DNA of 64,000 nt from Candidatus Woesebacteria bacterium (GTDB lineage: Bacteria > Patescibacteriota > Microgenomatia > UBA8517), in assembly GCA_003484955.1 (NCBI GenBank), contig DMZH01000001.1, forward strand, positions 215,848 to 279,847, given 5' to 3'. Positions 27,281-36,062 of the stretch are shown here, one piece after another. A model generated the notes under the pieces. The model saw nothing but the letters and a program-made list of their open reading frames with translations, did no database searches and was not told where the DNA came from. Made by a program: the position numbers and the translations under genes. Every line of letters starts with the position of its first letter. Positions within the stretch are counted from its first letter, which is position 1.

Positions 27281-27931
27281 ATGACTGCCAAGACGACAGT
27301 AGTAAAACACGTAACTATTTATTCAGTTTATCTTCTTTTGGTTTGGACTGCTTATCGTTTTTTACGACTCCAACTTCCGGACCAGGTTGAAGAACTTATT
27401 ATTAAACCCATTATCTGGCTGTTGCCTATATTCTGGTTTACAACTAAAGAAAAGTTTCCTCTGTCATCGCTTGGAATAACTTTCAAAAATCTTTTTCCGG
27501 CAATTTATCTTTCATTGGGACTTGGGGCGATCTTTGTAATTGAAGCGGTATTAACCAATTTCTTTAAATATGGGCGTTTTAATTTCGGGGCAAATATAGG
27601 CAATATGCCAATACTTTCCTCGCTCGGTCTTTCTTTCGCGACCGCCTTTTCGGAAGAAACCGCCTTTAGGGGATATATTTTCGGAAGGCTTTGGTTTACT
27701 TTGAAAGACGAATGGTCTGCGAATGTCGCCAGTTCGATTATTTGGACGATTGTACATATTCCGATAGCATTTTTGGTTTGGAAATTAAATCTCGTCTCAG
27801 GAATTTTATACCTGCTCCTTACGGCGGCATTCGGAATAGGATCAGCATTCATTTTCGGGAGAACTAAGAACATTTTCGGTTCGATCCTGCTTCATGTACT
27901 TTGGGAATGGCCGATTATTCTTTTTAGGTAA
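27281..27931 (+). CDS. CPBP family intramembrane metalloprotease (CAAX protease / Abi family)
   Basis: 216 aa polytopic; SEETAFRGYIFGRL (EExxxR) and the later conserved SSIIWTIVH / LLHVLWE His motifs. Confidence 0.75.
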   Translation: MTAKTTVVKHVTIYSVYLLLVWTAYRFLRLQLPDQVEELIIKPIIWLLPIFWFTTKEKFPLSSLGITFKNLFPAIYLSLGLGAIFVIEAVLTNFFKYGRFNFGANIGNMPILSSLGLSFATAFSEETAFRGYIFGRLWFTLKDEWSANVASSIIWTIVHIPIAFLVWKLNLVSGILYLLLTAAFGIGSAFIFGRTKNIFGSILLHVLWEWPIILFR

Positions 27932-27975
27932 CTTGACACAGGGAAAGTGTCCGAAGTAGGATTATATTTATCCTA

Positions 27976-28596
27976 ATGAAAAATTTTTTACTCGTCGCTG
28001 CTATTTTCATCTTCGCCTTTGCCGTGCTTTTCATCTCAATTTTCGATTCATCAGCCATAAATTATCCCGTTTCACAATCTCCATATCAGCCGCTTGTGGG
28101 TTCAAAGGCACCGGAAATTAACTATCATCTTCCTTATTCAGGAAATGTTTTGCCGGATAGCCCTTTATGGCCCCTTAAAGCATTAAGGGATAAAGTCTGG
28201 ATTGGGGTGACAACCTCCCATCTTAGAAGAGCCGAACTTGCCCTGCTTTTTTCCGATAAAAGATTGGTTATGACACAGAAACTTTTTGAAAAAGGGGAAC
28301 CGGATATTGCCATATCCACTTTCACAAAAGGGGAAATGTATTTTCCGATTGCCGTGGAGGAAGAAAAAATTGCCAGATCCCAGGGGGTGGATACGTCTAT
28401 TTTTTTAAACAAATTGGCCTTATCGGCTTTGAAACACAGAGAGGTTGCAGAGGATTTGATACAGTTAGCACCGGAGGATATAAGGCCACTTATTATCAAG
28501 ACGGAAGATTATGCAAAAGACACATATGAACTAGCAAAAGACCTGTTAAATTCAAAAGGATTGCCGGTTCCGAAAGATCCATTTATTAGGGATTAA
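27976..28596 (+). CDS. Secreted or membrane-anchored hypothetical protein (DUF5667-like)
   Basis: 206 aa; N-terminal signal/TM region, then a helical domain (LPDSPLWPLKALRDKVW...). Confidence 0.45.
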   Translation: MKNFLLVAAIFIFAFAVLFISIFDSSAINYPVSQSPYQPLVGSKAPEINYHLPYSGNVLPDSPLWPLKALRDKVWIGVTTSHLRRAELALLFSDKRLVMTQKLFEKGEPDIAISTFTKGEMYFPIAVEEEKIARSQGVDTSIFLNKLALSALKHREVAEDLIQLAPEDIRPLIIKTEDYAKDTYELAKDLLNSKGLPVPKDPFIRD

Positions 28597-28804
28597 ATGC
28601 CTTAATTGCCTCATTTTTTTATACTATTTTTTGGTTCTCCAAAAACCCGAAAAAATTATTCCCGCAAAAACTACAGGAATTGTAAAAATACCAGGCTTAG
28701 CACACGCCTGAGGTGATATATTTTGAACAAAAGCTTACCAGTTGACAGTCTACGGGTAGTGTTTAAAAATCAGTACTGTCACTATTTGTAGAGCATTTAC
28801 TTTA

Positions 28805-28839
28805 CATGCGTGAAACGCATGCAAAAGCTTTAGCTTTTT
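28805..28839 (+). promoter_or_regulatory. Two adjacent perfect palindromes in the nrdR leader (CATGCGT-GAA-ACGCATG and AAAAGC-TTTA-GCTTTT); candidate operator or structured leader
   Basis: 17-bp perfect inverted repeat at 28805-28821 and a 16-bp one at 28824-28839, ending 7 nt before the nrdR start. An NrdR-box-like CACTATTTGTAG lies at 28779-28790. Confidence 0.3.
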
Positions 28840-28845
28840 CCAAGA

Positions 28846-29292
28846 GTGAAACTTATGAAATGTCCTTTTTGCGGTACAGCTGAGACAAGTGTTTTAGAGA
28901 GTAGGACCGTTGAGGACGGTTCAATAAGAAGAAGAAGGGAATGTGATAAGTGCGGAAAGAGATTTACAACGGTAGAACAGGTAAAAAGAAGTTTTCTATG
29001 GGTAATTAAGAAGGACGGCAGGCGGGAGGTCTTTGATAAAGAAAAGATAAAAAGGGGGATACTTAGGGCAATTGAAAAACGTCCCGTTTCTTTGGATCTT
29101 GTTGACGATGTTACCGATCAGGTAGAAATGGAAATGCTGAGAAGTGAAAAACAAGAAATTTCCACGGGAGCCATAGGAAGCGCAGTCTTGAAAAAATTGA
29201 AAAAAATAGATAAAGTCGCCTGGCTCAGATTTGCAAGTGTCTACCTCGAATTTGAAGATTTAAGTGATTTTGAAAAATTAATCGAAAAATAA
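28846..29292 (+). CDS. nrdR: Transcriptional repressor NrdR
   Basis: 148 aa; N-terminal zinc ribbon MKCPFCG...CDKCGKRFTT followed by an ATP-cone. Confidence 0.85.
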   Translation: MKLMKCPFCGTAETSVLESRTVEDGSIRRRRECDKCGKRFTTVEQVKRSFLWVIKKDGRREVFDKEKIKRGILRAIEKRPVSLDLVDDVTDQVEMEMLRSEKQEISTGAIGSAVLKKLKKIDKVAWLRFASVYLEFEDLSDFEKLIEK

Positions 29293-29294
29293 AA

Positions 29295-31751
29295 ATGGCA
29301 TTACAAACGGTAAGTTCAAAAAAAGCGTCTAAAGCTAAACAAAAGAAAGTCGTTTATAAAAACGGTGAGACAAAAGTAACTCTCAACGATTTAATTGCAC
29401 CCTCCTATGAAGAAATAATGTCCGAGGTAAAGAAAAAGGCGGGAGAACGGCCCGAAAGAGATCCGGCATTGCCGGCAGGAATCTGGACGAAACAGGCACT
29501 AAAGGTATTGGAGGAGAGATATTTGGTAAAAGATGAGAAGCTAAACCCCATTGAAAATCCTGAAGATATGGTTTGGAGAGTTTCCTGGGAGATGGCCTCG
29601 GCCGAAGTCAGGTGGGGAAGTAAAAGAAAAGAAGTGGAGGCTCTCGCAAAAGAATTTTACAACCTTTTGATTTCAAGAGAGTTTTTGCCAAACTCTCCAA
29701 CATTAATGAATGCTGGAACCGGTAACGGTCTCCAATATTCTGCTTGTTTTGTTTTGCCGGTTGAGGACTCCATGGAGGGAATCTTTGATGCTCTGAAATA
29801 TCAGGCCTTAATCCATAAAACAGGAGGGGGAACCGGATTTTCTTTCAGCAGGCTTAGGGAGGGAGGTTCTATTGTCAGGACTTCTTCAGGAATTGCTTCC
29901 GGGCCGGTTTCGTTCATGAGAATTTTTGATGCGGCAACCAATGAAGTTAAACAGGGCGGAAAAAGAAGGGGTGCAAATATGGGAATTCTAAGGGTTGACC
30001 ACCCGGATGTGTTGGAATTTATTCACTGTAAAGAGAACGGGGGGATAACCAATTTTAATATCTCGGTTGCAATTACAGATAAGTTTATAGATGCCTATTA
30101 CAAAGACGAAGAATACGAACTGATTAGTCCAAAAACCAAAAGCACGGTTGGAACTCTTTCTGCTAGGCGGGTTTTTGATGAGATTGCGGAATCGGCATGG
30201 AAAACCGGGGATCCGGGGCTTATCTTTATCGATAGGGTTAACCAGGGAACTGCTAATCCAATCCCTGCTTTAGGCCCAATTGAATCCACAAATCCGTGCG
30301 GAGAACAGCCTCTTTATCCTTTTGATGTCTGTAACTTAGGCAGCATCTTTTTGACCTATTTTATTAAAGAAGAAAACGGTAAAAAAGAAGTCGATTGGGA
30401 AAAACTCAAAAAAGTCACACATCAGGCCACCAGATTTTTGGATGATGTTATTGAAGTTAATCCGTTTCCACTTCCCGAAATTAGAAAAGTGGCATTTAAT
30501 ATCAGGAGAATCGGTCTTGGGGTGGGAGGATGGAGTGATATGCTTGTTGGCCTGGGAATTCCTTATGACAGTGAGGAGGCGATGACGCTGGCCGAAAAAG
30601 TAATGAAATTTATTCAGGATGAGGCAGTTTCGGCATCCGAGGAGCTGGCAAAAAAAAGAGGACCTTTCTTCCTTTGGCCGGTTTCAATTTACAGGGAAGG
30701 CGCTCCAAGAAGACACTCTACTGTTACGACAATCGCCCCAACCGGGACAATTTCAATCCTTGCAGGCGCCAGCAGCGGAATTGAACCGATGTTTGCGATT
30801 GCCTATCAGCATATTGTTAAAGATAAACACCTCAATAGAAAACTTTCTTTTGTTAACCCTGATTTTGAAAAAATTGCCAAAGAGCGTGGTTTCTGGTCGG
30901 AAGACCTGATGGCAAAAGTTGCCGAAAAAGGAGTGGTAAGGGATATAGAGGAAGTTCCGGAGGACGTCAGGAGAATTTTCGGGACGGCTCACGAGATAGA
31001 TATAAACTGGCATATAAGAACACAAACAGCCTTCCAAAAATATACTGAAAACGCCGTCAGTAAGACAATTAATTTGAGGCACGATGCAACAGTTGATGAT
31101 GTCAAAAAGGCATATTTGGCAGCATGGGAGGGTAACTGTAAAGGAATTACCATCTTTAGAGACGGTAGCAAAAGCGAGCAGGTTTTGAATTTAGGACTTG
31201 ATAAAAAAGAAGAAAGTAAAAGGGAAAACCCGGCTCCAAGCCAAATGATTTTGGAAAGACCGGTAAAGGTTGAAGGAGCAACATATAGAATTGTTACACC
31301 TCTTGGTAGTGCATTTATTACCGTTAATCAGGATTCTGAAGGAAATCCATTTGAATTATTTATTACAATCGGAAAGGCGGGAAGTGAAGTTGCGGCTATG
31401 GCGGAGGCTCTGGGACGTATGATTTCTACAACCCTGAGATTTGGAAATCATAAGCCGCCGATTGAAAGGGCACGCGAAATAGTTGAACAACTAAAAGGTA
31501 TTGGTGGGGGAAGGTCGGTGGGTTTTGGACCAAATAAAGTTAGATCCTTGCCCGATGCCGTAGCTAAGGCGATTTCACTTCATTTTGGATTTAATAATGT
31601 AAATCATGATGCTCCTGAGGTGATAGAAGCCGCTTCGGATAAAGAAGAAACCAAAGTTGTTGGTGATATTTGCCCTGCCTGCGGATCTCCCGCTCTTGTC
31701 TATCAAGAAGGTTGTTCCAAATGTCATGCATGCGGGCACTCCGAGTGTTAA
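29295..31751 (+). CDS. nrdJ: Ribonucleoside-diphosphate/triphosphate reductase, class II (adenosylcobalamin-dependent, NrdJ-like)
   Basis: 818 aa monomeric-type RNR; active-site TNPCGEQPL, C-terminal CPACGSPALVYQEGCSKCHACG redoxin tail. No NrdB or NrdG nearby, but a cobalamin adenosyltransferase lies downstream. Confidence 0.75.
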   Translation: MALQTVSSKKASKAKQKKVVYKNGETKVTLNDLIAPSYEEIMSEVKKKAGERPERDPALPAGIWTKQALKVLEERYLVKDEKLNPIENPEDMVWRVSWEMASAEVRWGSKRKEVEALAKEFYNLLISREFLPNSPTLMNAGTGNGLQYSACFVLPVEDSMEGIFDALKYQALIHKTGGGTGFSFSRLREGGSIVRTSSGIASGPVSFMRIFDAATNEVKQGGKRRGANMGILRVDHPDVLEFIHCKENGGITNFNISVAITDKFIDAYYKDEEYELISPKTKSTVGTLSARRVFDEIAESAWKTGDPGLIFIDRVNQGTANPIPALGPIESTNPCGEQPLYPFDVCNLGSIFLTYFIKEENGKKEVDWEKLKKVTHQATRFLDDVIEVNPFPLPEIRKVAFNIRRIGLGVGGWSDMLVGLGIPYDSEEAMTLAEKVMKFIQDEAVSASEELAKKRGPFFLWPVSIYREGAPRRHSTVTTIAPTGTISILAGASSGIEPMFAIAYQHIVKDKHLNRKLSFVNPDFEKIAKERGFWSEDLMAKVAEKGVVRDIEEVPEDVRRIFGTAHEIDINWHIRTQTAFQKYTENAVSKTINLRHDATVDDVKKAYLAAWEGNCKGITIFRDGSKSEQVLNLGLDKKEESKRENPAPSQMILERPVKVEGATYRIVTPLGSAFITVNQDSEGNPFELFITIGKAGSEVAAMAEALGRMISTTLRFGNHKPPIERAREIVEQLKGIGGGRSVGFGPNKVRSLPDAVAKAISLHFGFNNVNHDAPEVIEAASDKEETKVVGDICPACGSPALVYQEGCSKCHACGHSEC

Positions 31752-31762
31752 AATGACGCCGA

Positions 31763-32299
31763 ATGGCTATCTATACAAAAACGGGTGATAAAGGGGAAAC
31801 GGGACTTTTTTCTTCTGATAGGTCAAAAAAAATCAGGATAAGTAAAGCTTCTTTGAGGGTTGAGGCAATTGGATCGGTAGATGAGGCAAACACTTTTTTG
31901 GGATTGGCAGCATCTTTTCTAAAAAACAAGGAAATTAATCCCAAGATAATTGAAATTCAGAAACACCTTTTTGAGGTTGGGGCTATATTGGCAGGTGTAA
32001 AAATTGATATGGATAAAGATCTACCCCAGGAAATGGAAAAAGAGATTGATGAAATGGATAAACGACTACCCAAATTAACCCACTTTATTCTTCCAGGAGG
32101 TGGGCACGGGGGAAGCCTTCTTTTTATGGCAAGAACATTTATCAGGCGGGCCGAGAGAAGAGTAGTTTCCCTTTCCAAGAAAGAAAAAGTTAACACAAAT
32201 CTAATGATTTATCTTAATAGACTTTCTGACTACGTCTATACACTTGCGAGGTACTCAAACTTCAAAGAAGGGATAAAGGAAAAGGCTTGGAGAGGGTAG
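31763..32299 (+). CDS. ATP:cob(I)alamin adenosyltransferase, PduO-type
   Basis: 178 aa; MAIYTKTGDKGETGLFSSDRSKKIRISKASLRVEAIGSVDEANTFLGLA matches the PduO/MMAB N-terminal signature. Confidence 0.75.
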   Translation: MAIYTKTGDKGETGLFSSDRSKKIRISKASLRVEAIGSVDEANTFLGLAASFLKNKEINPKIIEIQKHLFEVGAILAGVKIDMDKDLPQEMEKEIDEMDKRLPKLTHFILPGGGHGGSLLFMARTFIRRAERRVVSLSKKEKVNTNLMIYLNRLSDYVYTLARYSNFKEGIKEKAWRG

Positions 32300-32324
32300 C
32301 TAACTGTTATACAATGGTTGATAT

Positions 32325-32678
32325 ATGGCTGCCACACCTGAGGTCCTAAAATCAAGTCAACCCGAAGTTCAGGAGATAAATAAAGAAGCCGAATTTATAG
32401 TTCCTGAAACATTACGGCAAAGCACGGGTATCCAAGTCGTCCAAAAAAACTTTAAATCGCAAGTTAAAGACGATCATGGACAGCCTCTAATCCAGACTCC
32501 GCCGGCTCAGGTAATTGAAGTAAACCCTCCGGCAGACCTGGAAACACTTACCGACTGGTCAAAAGGTTCCGTAGATTCTTCTCAAACATGGTTGGGAATG
32601 TTTTGGAAGAGAATTTTTCTGAAAGCCTTATATTTTGGTTGGAAAATAATTGGAAAGGAAAAAGCAAATGCCGCTTGA
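32325..32678 (+). CDS. Hypothetical protein
   Basis: 117 aa; no recognisable motif. Overlaps the start of the downstream ATPase gene by about 29 nt. Confidence 0.4.
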   Translation: MAATPEVLKSSQPEVQEINKEAEFIVPETLRQSTGIQVVQKNFKSQVKDDHGQPLIQTPPAQVIEVNPPADLETLTDWSKGSVDSSQTWLGMFWKRIFLKALYFGWKIIGKEKANAA

Positions 32679-35001
32679 TTCAATAAACTACGCAAATATT
32701 CTTTTTATAGCGGTTTTAACCGTGTTTCTTATTTTTCTTTTGGTTGCTTTCGGGTATTCTGTTTTTATTTATTTTAAAAATAGGGATCGTGAGAAGAAAT
32801 CTATAGAGTCGGTGCTTTTACAAGTTGCGGTTCCAAGGCACAACGAAACGAAAATAGACGTTATGGAGCAGCTTATTTCCGGCCTTTATTCAATAAAAAA
32901 AGGAGGTTGGAAACAAAAATTTTCGGTGCAGCCGGCGATTTCTTTTGAGATAGTTGCCAGGCAGGAAGATATCCGTTTTTATGTTTGGGTTCCCCAGAAG
33001 CTTAAGGATTTGGTTGAAAAACAAATAAACGGAGCATATTCGGATGCCGAGGTGATTGAGGTTGATGAATACAATGTTTTTGACAGTAAAGGTAAAGTTG
33101 CCTACAAAACATTTCAATTAGGAAAAAATAATTTTTATCCCCTTAAAACTTTTAAAGATTTAGCAACGGATCCTATGCTTGGAATCACCTCGGCTCTCGC
33201 AAAAATGGGACCGGGGGATGCTGCTGTGATTCAAATTATTATTTCTCCGGCAGAGACTGATTGGCAAAAAGAGGGAAGTCATTTTGTGAGCGACACCAAA
33301 AAACAGGAAAGTGATGCCGAAAAAGCAAAGTTTTCTACTTCAGCTAAAACCCTGGAGGCGGTTGAATCAAAAATCAGCAAGCCGGGGTTTGAGACATCCA
33401 TAAGAATTATTGCCGTGTCGGAAGATGAAGAGACCGCCAAAGGAACCGTGACAAACATTGCCGGATCTTTTGCTCAATTTGCGGGAGAGCTGAACAGTCT
33501 TAAAGGAAGAAAGATCTACAGAAAATCTTCATTTATGGAGGACTTTTTGTACAGATACCAGCCTATGTTTAATATTTTTGGCAATCATGTTTCCATTCTT
33601 AATTCCGAAGAATTGGCTACTATTTTTCATTTTCCAAATAAACAAATTACAACCCCACATATCCACTGGCTTAATGCTAAAACAGCCCCTGCTCCTTCCC
33701 AGATTCCCACCGAAGGGCTTCATTTGGGAGTTAGTGCCTACAGGGGAATCAAAAGACCGGTTTACATCAGCAATGAGGATAGGATGCGCCACATTTATAT
33801 AATCGGAAAAACTGGCACAGGGAAGTCCGAACTTCTTAAAGACCTTGTTCTGCAGGATATAAGAGAGGGAAAAGGAGTTTGCTTTATGGATCCACATGGA
33901 GATGCAGTTGAAGATATTCTGAAACTTATTCCGCCGGAGAGAGCTGAGGACGTTATTTATTTTAATCCGAGTGACACGGAACGCCCTCTGGGAATGAACC
34001 TCCTTGAAGCAAGAACCGAGGATGAAAAACATTTTGCAGCTACTTCGGTGATTAATCTCATGTATAAGCTTTTTGATCCTTATAAAACCGGAATTGTAGG
34101 GCCAAGGTTTGAACATGGTGTCAGAAATGCCATGCTTACGGTAATGGCAGAACCGGGAAATACTTTTGTTGAGCTAATGCGTGCAATGACCGATTCCAGA
34201 TATGTTCAGGAACTTTTGCCGAAGGTTACCGACCCCATCATTAGGAGATATTGGACTGATCAGATTGCCCAGACTTCAGACTTTCATAAATCTGAAGTTT
34301 TGGATTACACAGTCTCAAAATTTGGCCGCTTTGTCACAAATAAGCTTATAAGAAATATCATTGGACAATCTCAAAGCTCTTTTGACATGAGGAAAGTTAT
34401 GGACGAGGGTAAAATTCTCCTAATTAATCTTGCCAAAGGTCCACTGGGGGAGGAAAACAGCAACTTTTTAGGTCTTCTTCTTGTCCCGAGAATTTTGATG
34501 GCGGCAATGAGTAGGGCCAATGTTCCGATGGCTCAAAGACGCGATTTTTACTTTTATGTTGATGAATTCCAGAATTTTGCTACGCCAGATTTTGCAGTGA
34601 TTTTATCCGAAGCCAGAAAATATCGGCTTGGACTTTGTGTTGCCAACCAATTTATCGGACAGGTTGAAGAGGAAGTCAAAAACGCGGTTTTTGGCAATGT
34701 CGGAACACTTGTCGCCTTCAGGGTGGGGGTATCCGATGCCAATTATCTCCAGCATGAATTTACACCGACCTTTGGGGAAGACGACCTTCTTAATGTTGAG
34801 CGCTACCATGCCTACTGTAAGACGATCGTCAATAACGAACCCGTCCCTCCTTTTTCGATGGATATGAGCAAGGACATGAATAAACAGAAAGCGGCAGAAA
34901 GCCCGCGGGTTGCCGAAATAATAAAAGAAATGAGCAGACTTAAATACGGACGTGACGAAAAATTGGTTGAAGCGGAGATTCAAAGAAGATCCAATCTTTA
35001 G
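32650..35001 (+). CDS. Membrane-anchored TraD/VirD4/TraG-like P-loop ATPase (type IV coupling protein-like)
   Basis: 783 aa; N-terminal TM helix, about 330-aa N-domain, Walker A IIGKTGTGKSEL, Walker B-like FYFYVDEFQNF, and C-terminal conserved LVAFRVG. The architecture is typical of T4SS DNA-binding/coupling ATPases. Confidence 0.65.
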   Translation: MERKKQMPLDSINYANILFIAVLTVFLIFLLVAFGYSVFIYFKNRDREKKSIESVLLQVAVPRHNETKIDVMEQLISGLYSIKKGGWKQKFSVQPAISFEIVARQEDIRFYVWVPQKLKDLVEKQINGAYSDAEVIEVDEYNVFDSKGKVAYKTFQLGKNNFYPLKTFKDLATDPMLGITSALAKMGPGDAAVIQIIISPAETDWQKEGSHFVSDTKKQESDAEKAKFSTSAKTLEAVESKISKPGFETSIRIIAVSEDEETAKGTVTNIAGSFAQFAGELNSLKGRKIYRKSSFMEDFLYRYQPMFNIFGNHVSILNSEELATIFHFPNKQITTPHIHWLNAKTAPAPSQIPTEGLHLGVSAYRGIKRPVYISNEDRMRHIYIIGKTGTGKSELLKDLVLQDIREGKGVCFMDPHGDAVEDILKLIPPERAEDVIYFNPSDTERPLGMNLLEARTEDEKHFAATSVINLMYKLFDPYKTGIVGPRFEHGVRNAMLTVMAEPGNTFVELMRAMTDSRYVQELLPKVTDPIIRRYWTDQIAQTSDFHKSEVLDYTVSKFGRFVTNKLIRNIIGQSQSSFDMRKVMDEGKILLINLAKGPLGEENSNFLGLLLVPRILMAAMSRANVPMAQRRDFYFYVDEFQNFATPDFAVILSEARKYRLGLCVANQFIGQVEEEVKNAVFGNVGTLVAFRVGVSDANYLQHEFTPTFGEDDLLNVERYHAYCKTIVNNEPVPPFSMDMSKDMNKQKAAESPRVAEIIKEMSRLKYGRDEKLVEAEIQRRSNL

Positions 35002-35089
35002 GAAATGGATATAGAGATACAAAGTAGTTGGTGCCGGTTGTTTTTTCTAACTTTATATCTTAATATCAATTCACTTAATATCTAAAAAT

Positions 35090-35932
35090 ATGAACATCGG
35101 TATTATCGGCAACGGATATGTGGGCGGTGCTACAGGGACGGGTTTTGCCACAAACCCTGATAATAAAATTTTTTGGTACGATAAATATAAAAAAAGCCCC
35201 GACACACTAGACGAAGTAATCGAAAAGTCAGACTTCATTTTTATTTGTGTTCCTACACCTATTTTTTCCGATTATTCAGGAATGGATATGAGTATAGTTG
35301 AGGAAGTTGTAGGGGAGGTTGCAGAAAAAATCAAAGATTCGGAAAAGATTGTCATCATTAAATCAACTTCACTTCCCGGAACTACCAAGAAAATGATAAA
35401 AAAATACCCTCATGTAAATTTTGTCATGAACCCTGAATTTCTAACTCAGAAAAACGCAAATGCTGATTTTCTTAAACCATTTAGGACTGTGATTGGCTGT
35501 GAGGCGCCTGATGTGGGGGATAGAGTCAAGAAACTCTACGAAACAATTTTACCCGGAGATCAAAAATACATAATTACGGATACAACCAGTGCAGAGGTAA
35601 TTAAGTATATGAGCAACTTAATGCTTGCCAGTAAAGTTCTTCTGGCAAATGAATTTTATGAACTTTCTAAAAAAGTCGGGGCAAACTATTTGGATGTACA
35701 AAAAGGAGTTGAGTCGGATCCAAGGATAGGAACCCATCTAGGTGTTCCCGGGCCAGATGGCGATGTTGGATTTGGAGGGGCGTGTTTCCCTAAAGATATG
35801 GTGGGAATATTGGGTTTGGCAAAAAAACTTAATGTTGATATGAATACCCTCAAAACTATCTGGGAGGAAAATCTCAGGATAAGAAAACATCGCGATTGGG
35901 AAGAAATGCCTCAGGCTTTCAAGAAAAAATAA
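35090..35932 (+). CDS. UDP-glucose/GDP-mannose dehydrogenase family protein (short, lacks the C-terminal UDP-binding domain)
   Basis: 280 aa; NAD-binding MNIGIIGNGYVGGATG and catalytic GGACFPKD. Ends before the usual C-terminal domain. Confidence 0.6.
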   Translation: MNIGIIGNGYVGGATGTGFATNPDNKIFWYDKYKKSPDTLDEVIEKSDFIFICVPTPIFSDYSGMDMSIVEEVVGEVAEKIKDSEKIVIIKSTSLPGTTKKMIKKYPHVNFVMNPEFLTQKNANADFLKPFRTVIGCEAPDVGDRVKKLYETILPGDQKYIITDTTSAEVIKYMSNLMLASKVLLANEFYELSKKVGANYLDVQKGVESDPRIGTHLGVPGPDGDVGFGGACFPKDMVGILGLAKKLNVDMNTLKTIWEENLRIRKHRDWEEMPQAFKKK

Positions 35933-35945
35933 CTGTCAAAATCTA

Positions 35946-36016
35946 GTGGGCTCGCATGGAATCGAACCATGGCATCGACTTTATAAGAGTCGTGTCCTAC
36001 CATTAAACGACAAGCC
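35946..36016 (-). tRNA. tRNA-Ile with a genomically encoded UAU anticodon
   Basis: Reverse complement gggcttg-tc-gttt-aatggta-ggac-a-cgact-cttataa-agtcg-atgc-catgg-ttcgatt-ccatg-cgagccc-a folds as a cloverleaf. The anticodon loop ct-TAT-aa gives UAU. No encoded CCA. Confidence 0.75.
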
Positions 36017-36062
36017 CGTTACTATCAAAGTCTAGTCGTATTATAACAGAAGAGAGGCTGTT

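Noticed and set aside
28740-28775. Possible sigma70-type promoter (TTGACA-N17-TAAAAAT) upstream of nrdR
   Set aside because: Plausible, but the -10 element is weak and the spacing is ambiguous in AT-rich DNA. I cannot verify it without transcript data, so it is not listed as a feature.
33529-34116. 195-aa antisense ORF inside the VirD4-like ATPase gene
   Set aside because: Antisense to a CDS with Walker motifs. No RBS.
34603-35022. 139-aa antisense ORF at the 3' end of the ATPase gene
   Set aside because: Same reasoning. It overlaps the conserved C-terminal motif region of the ATPase.
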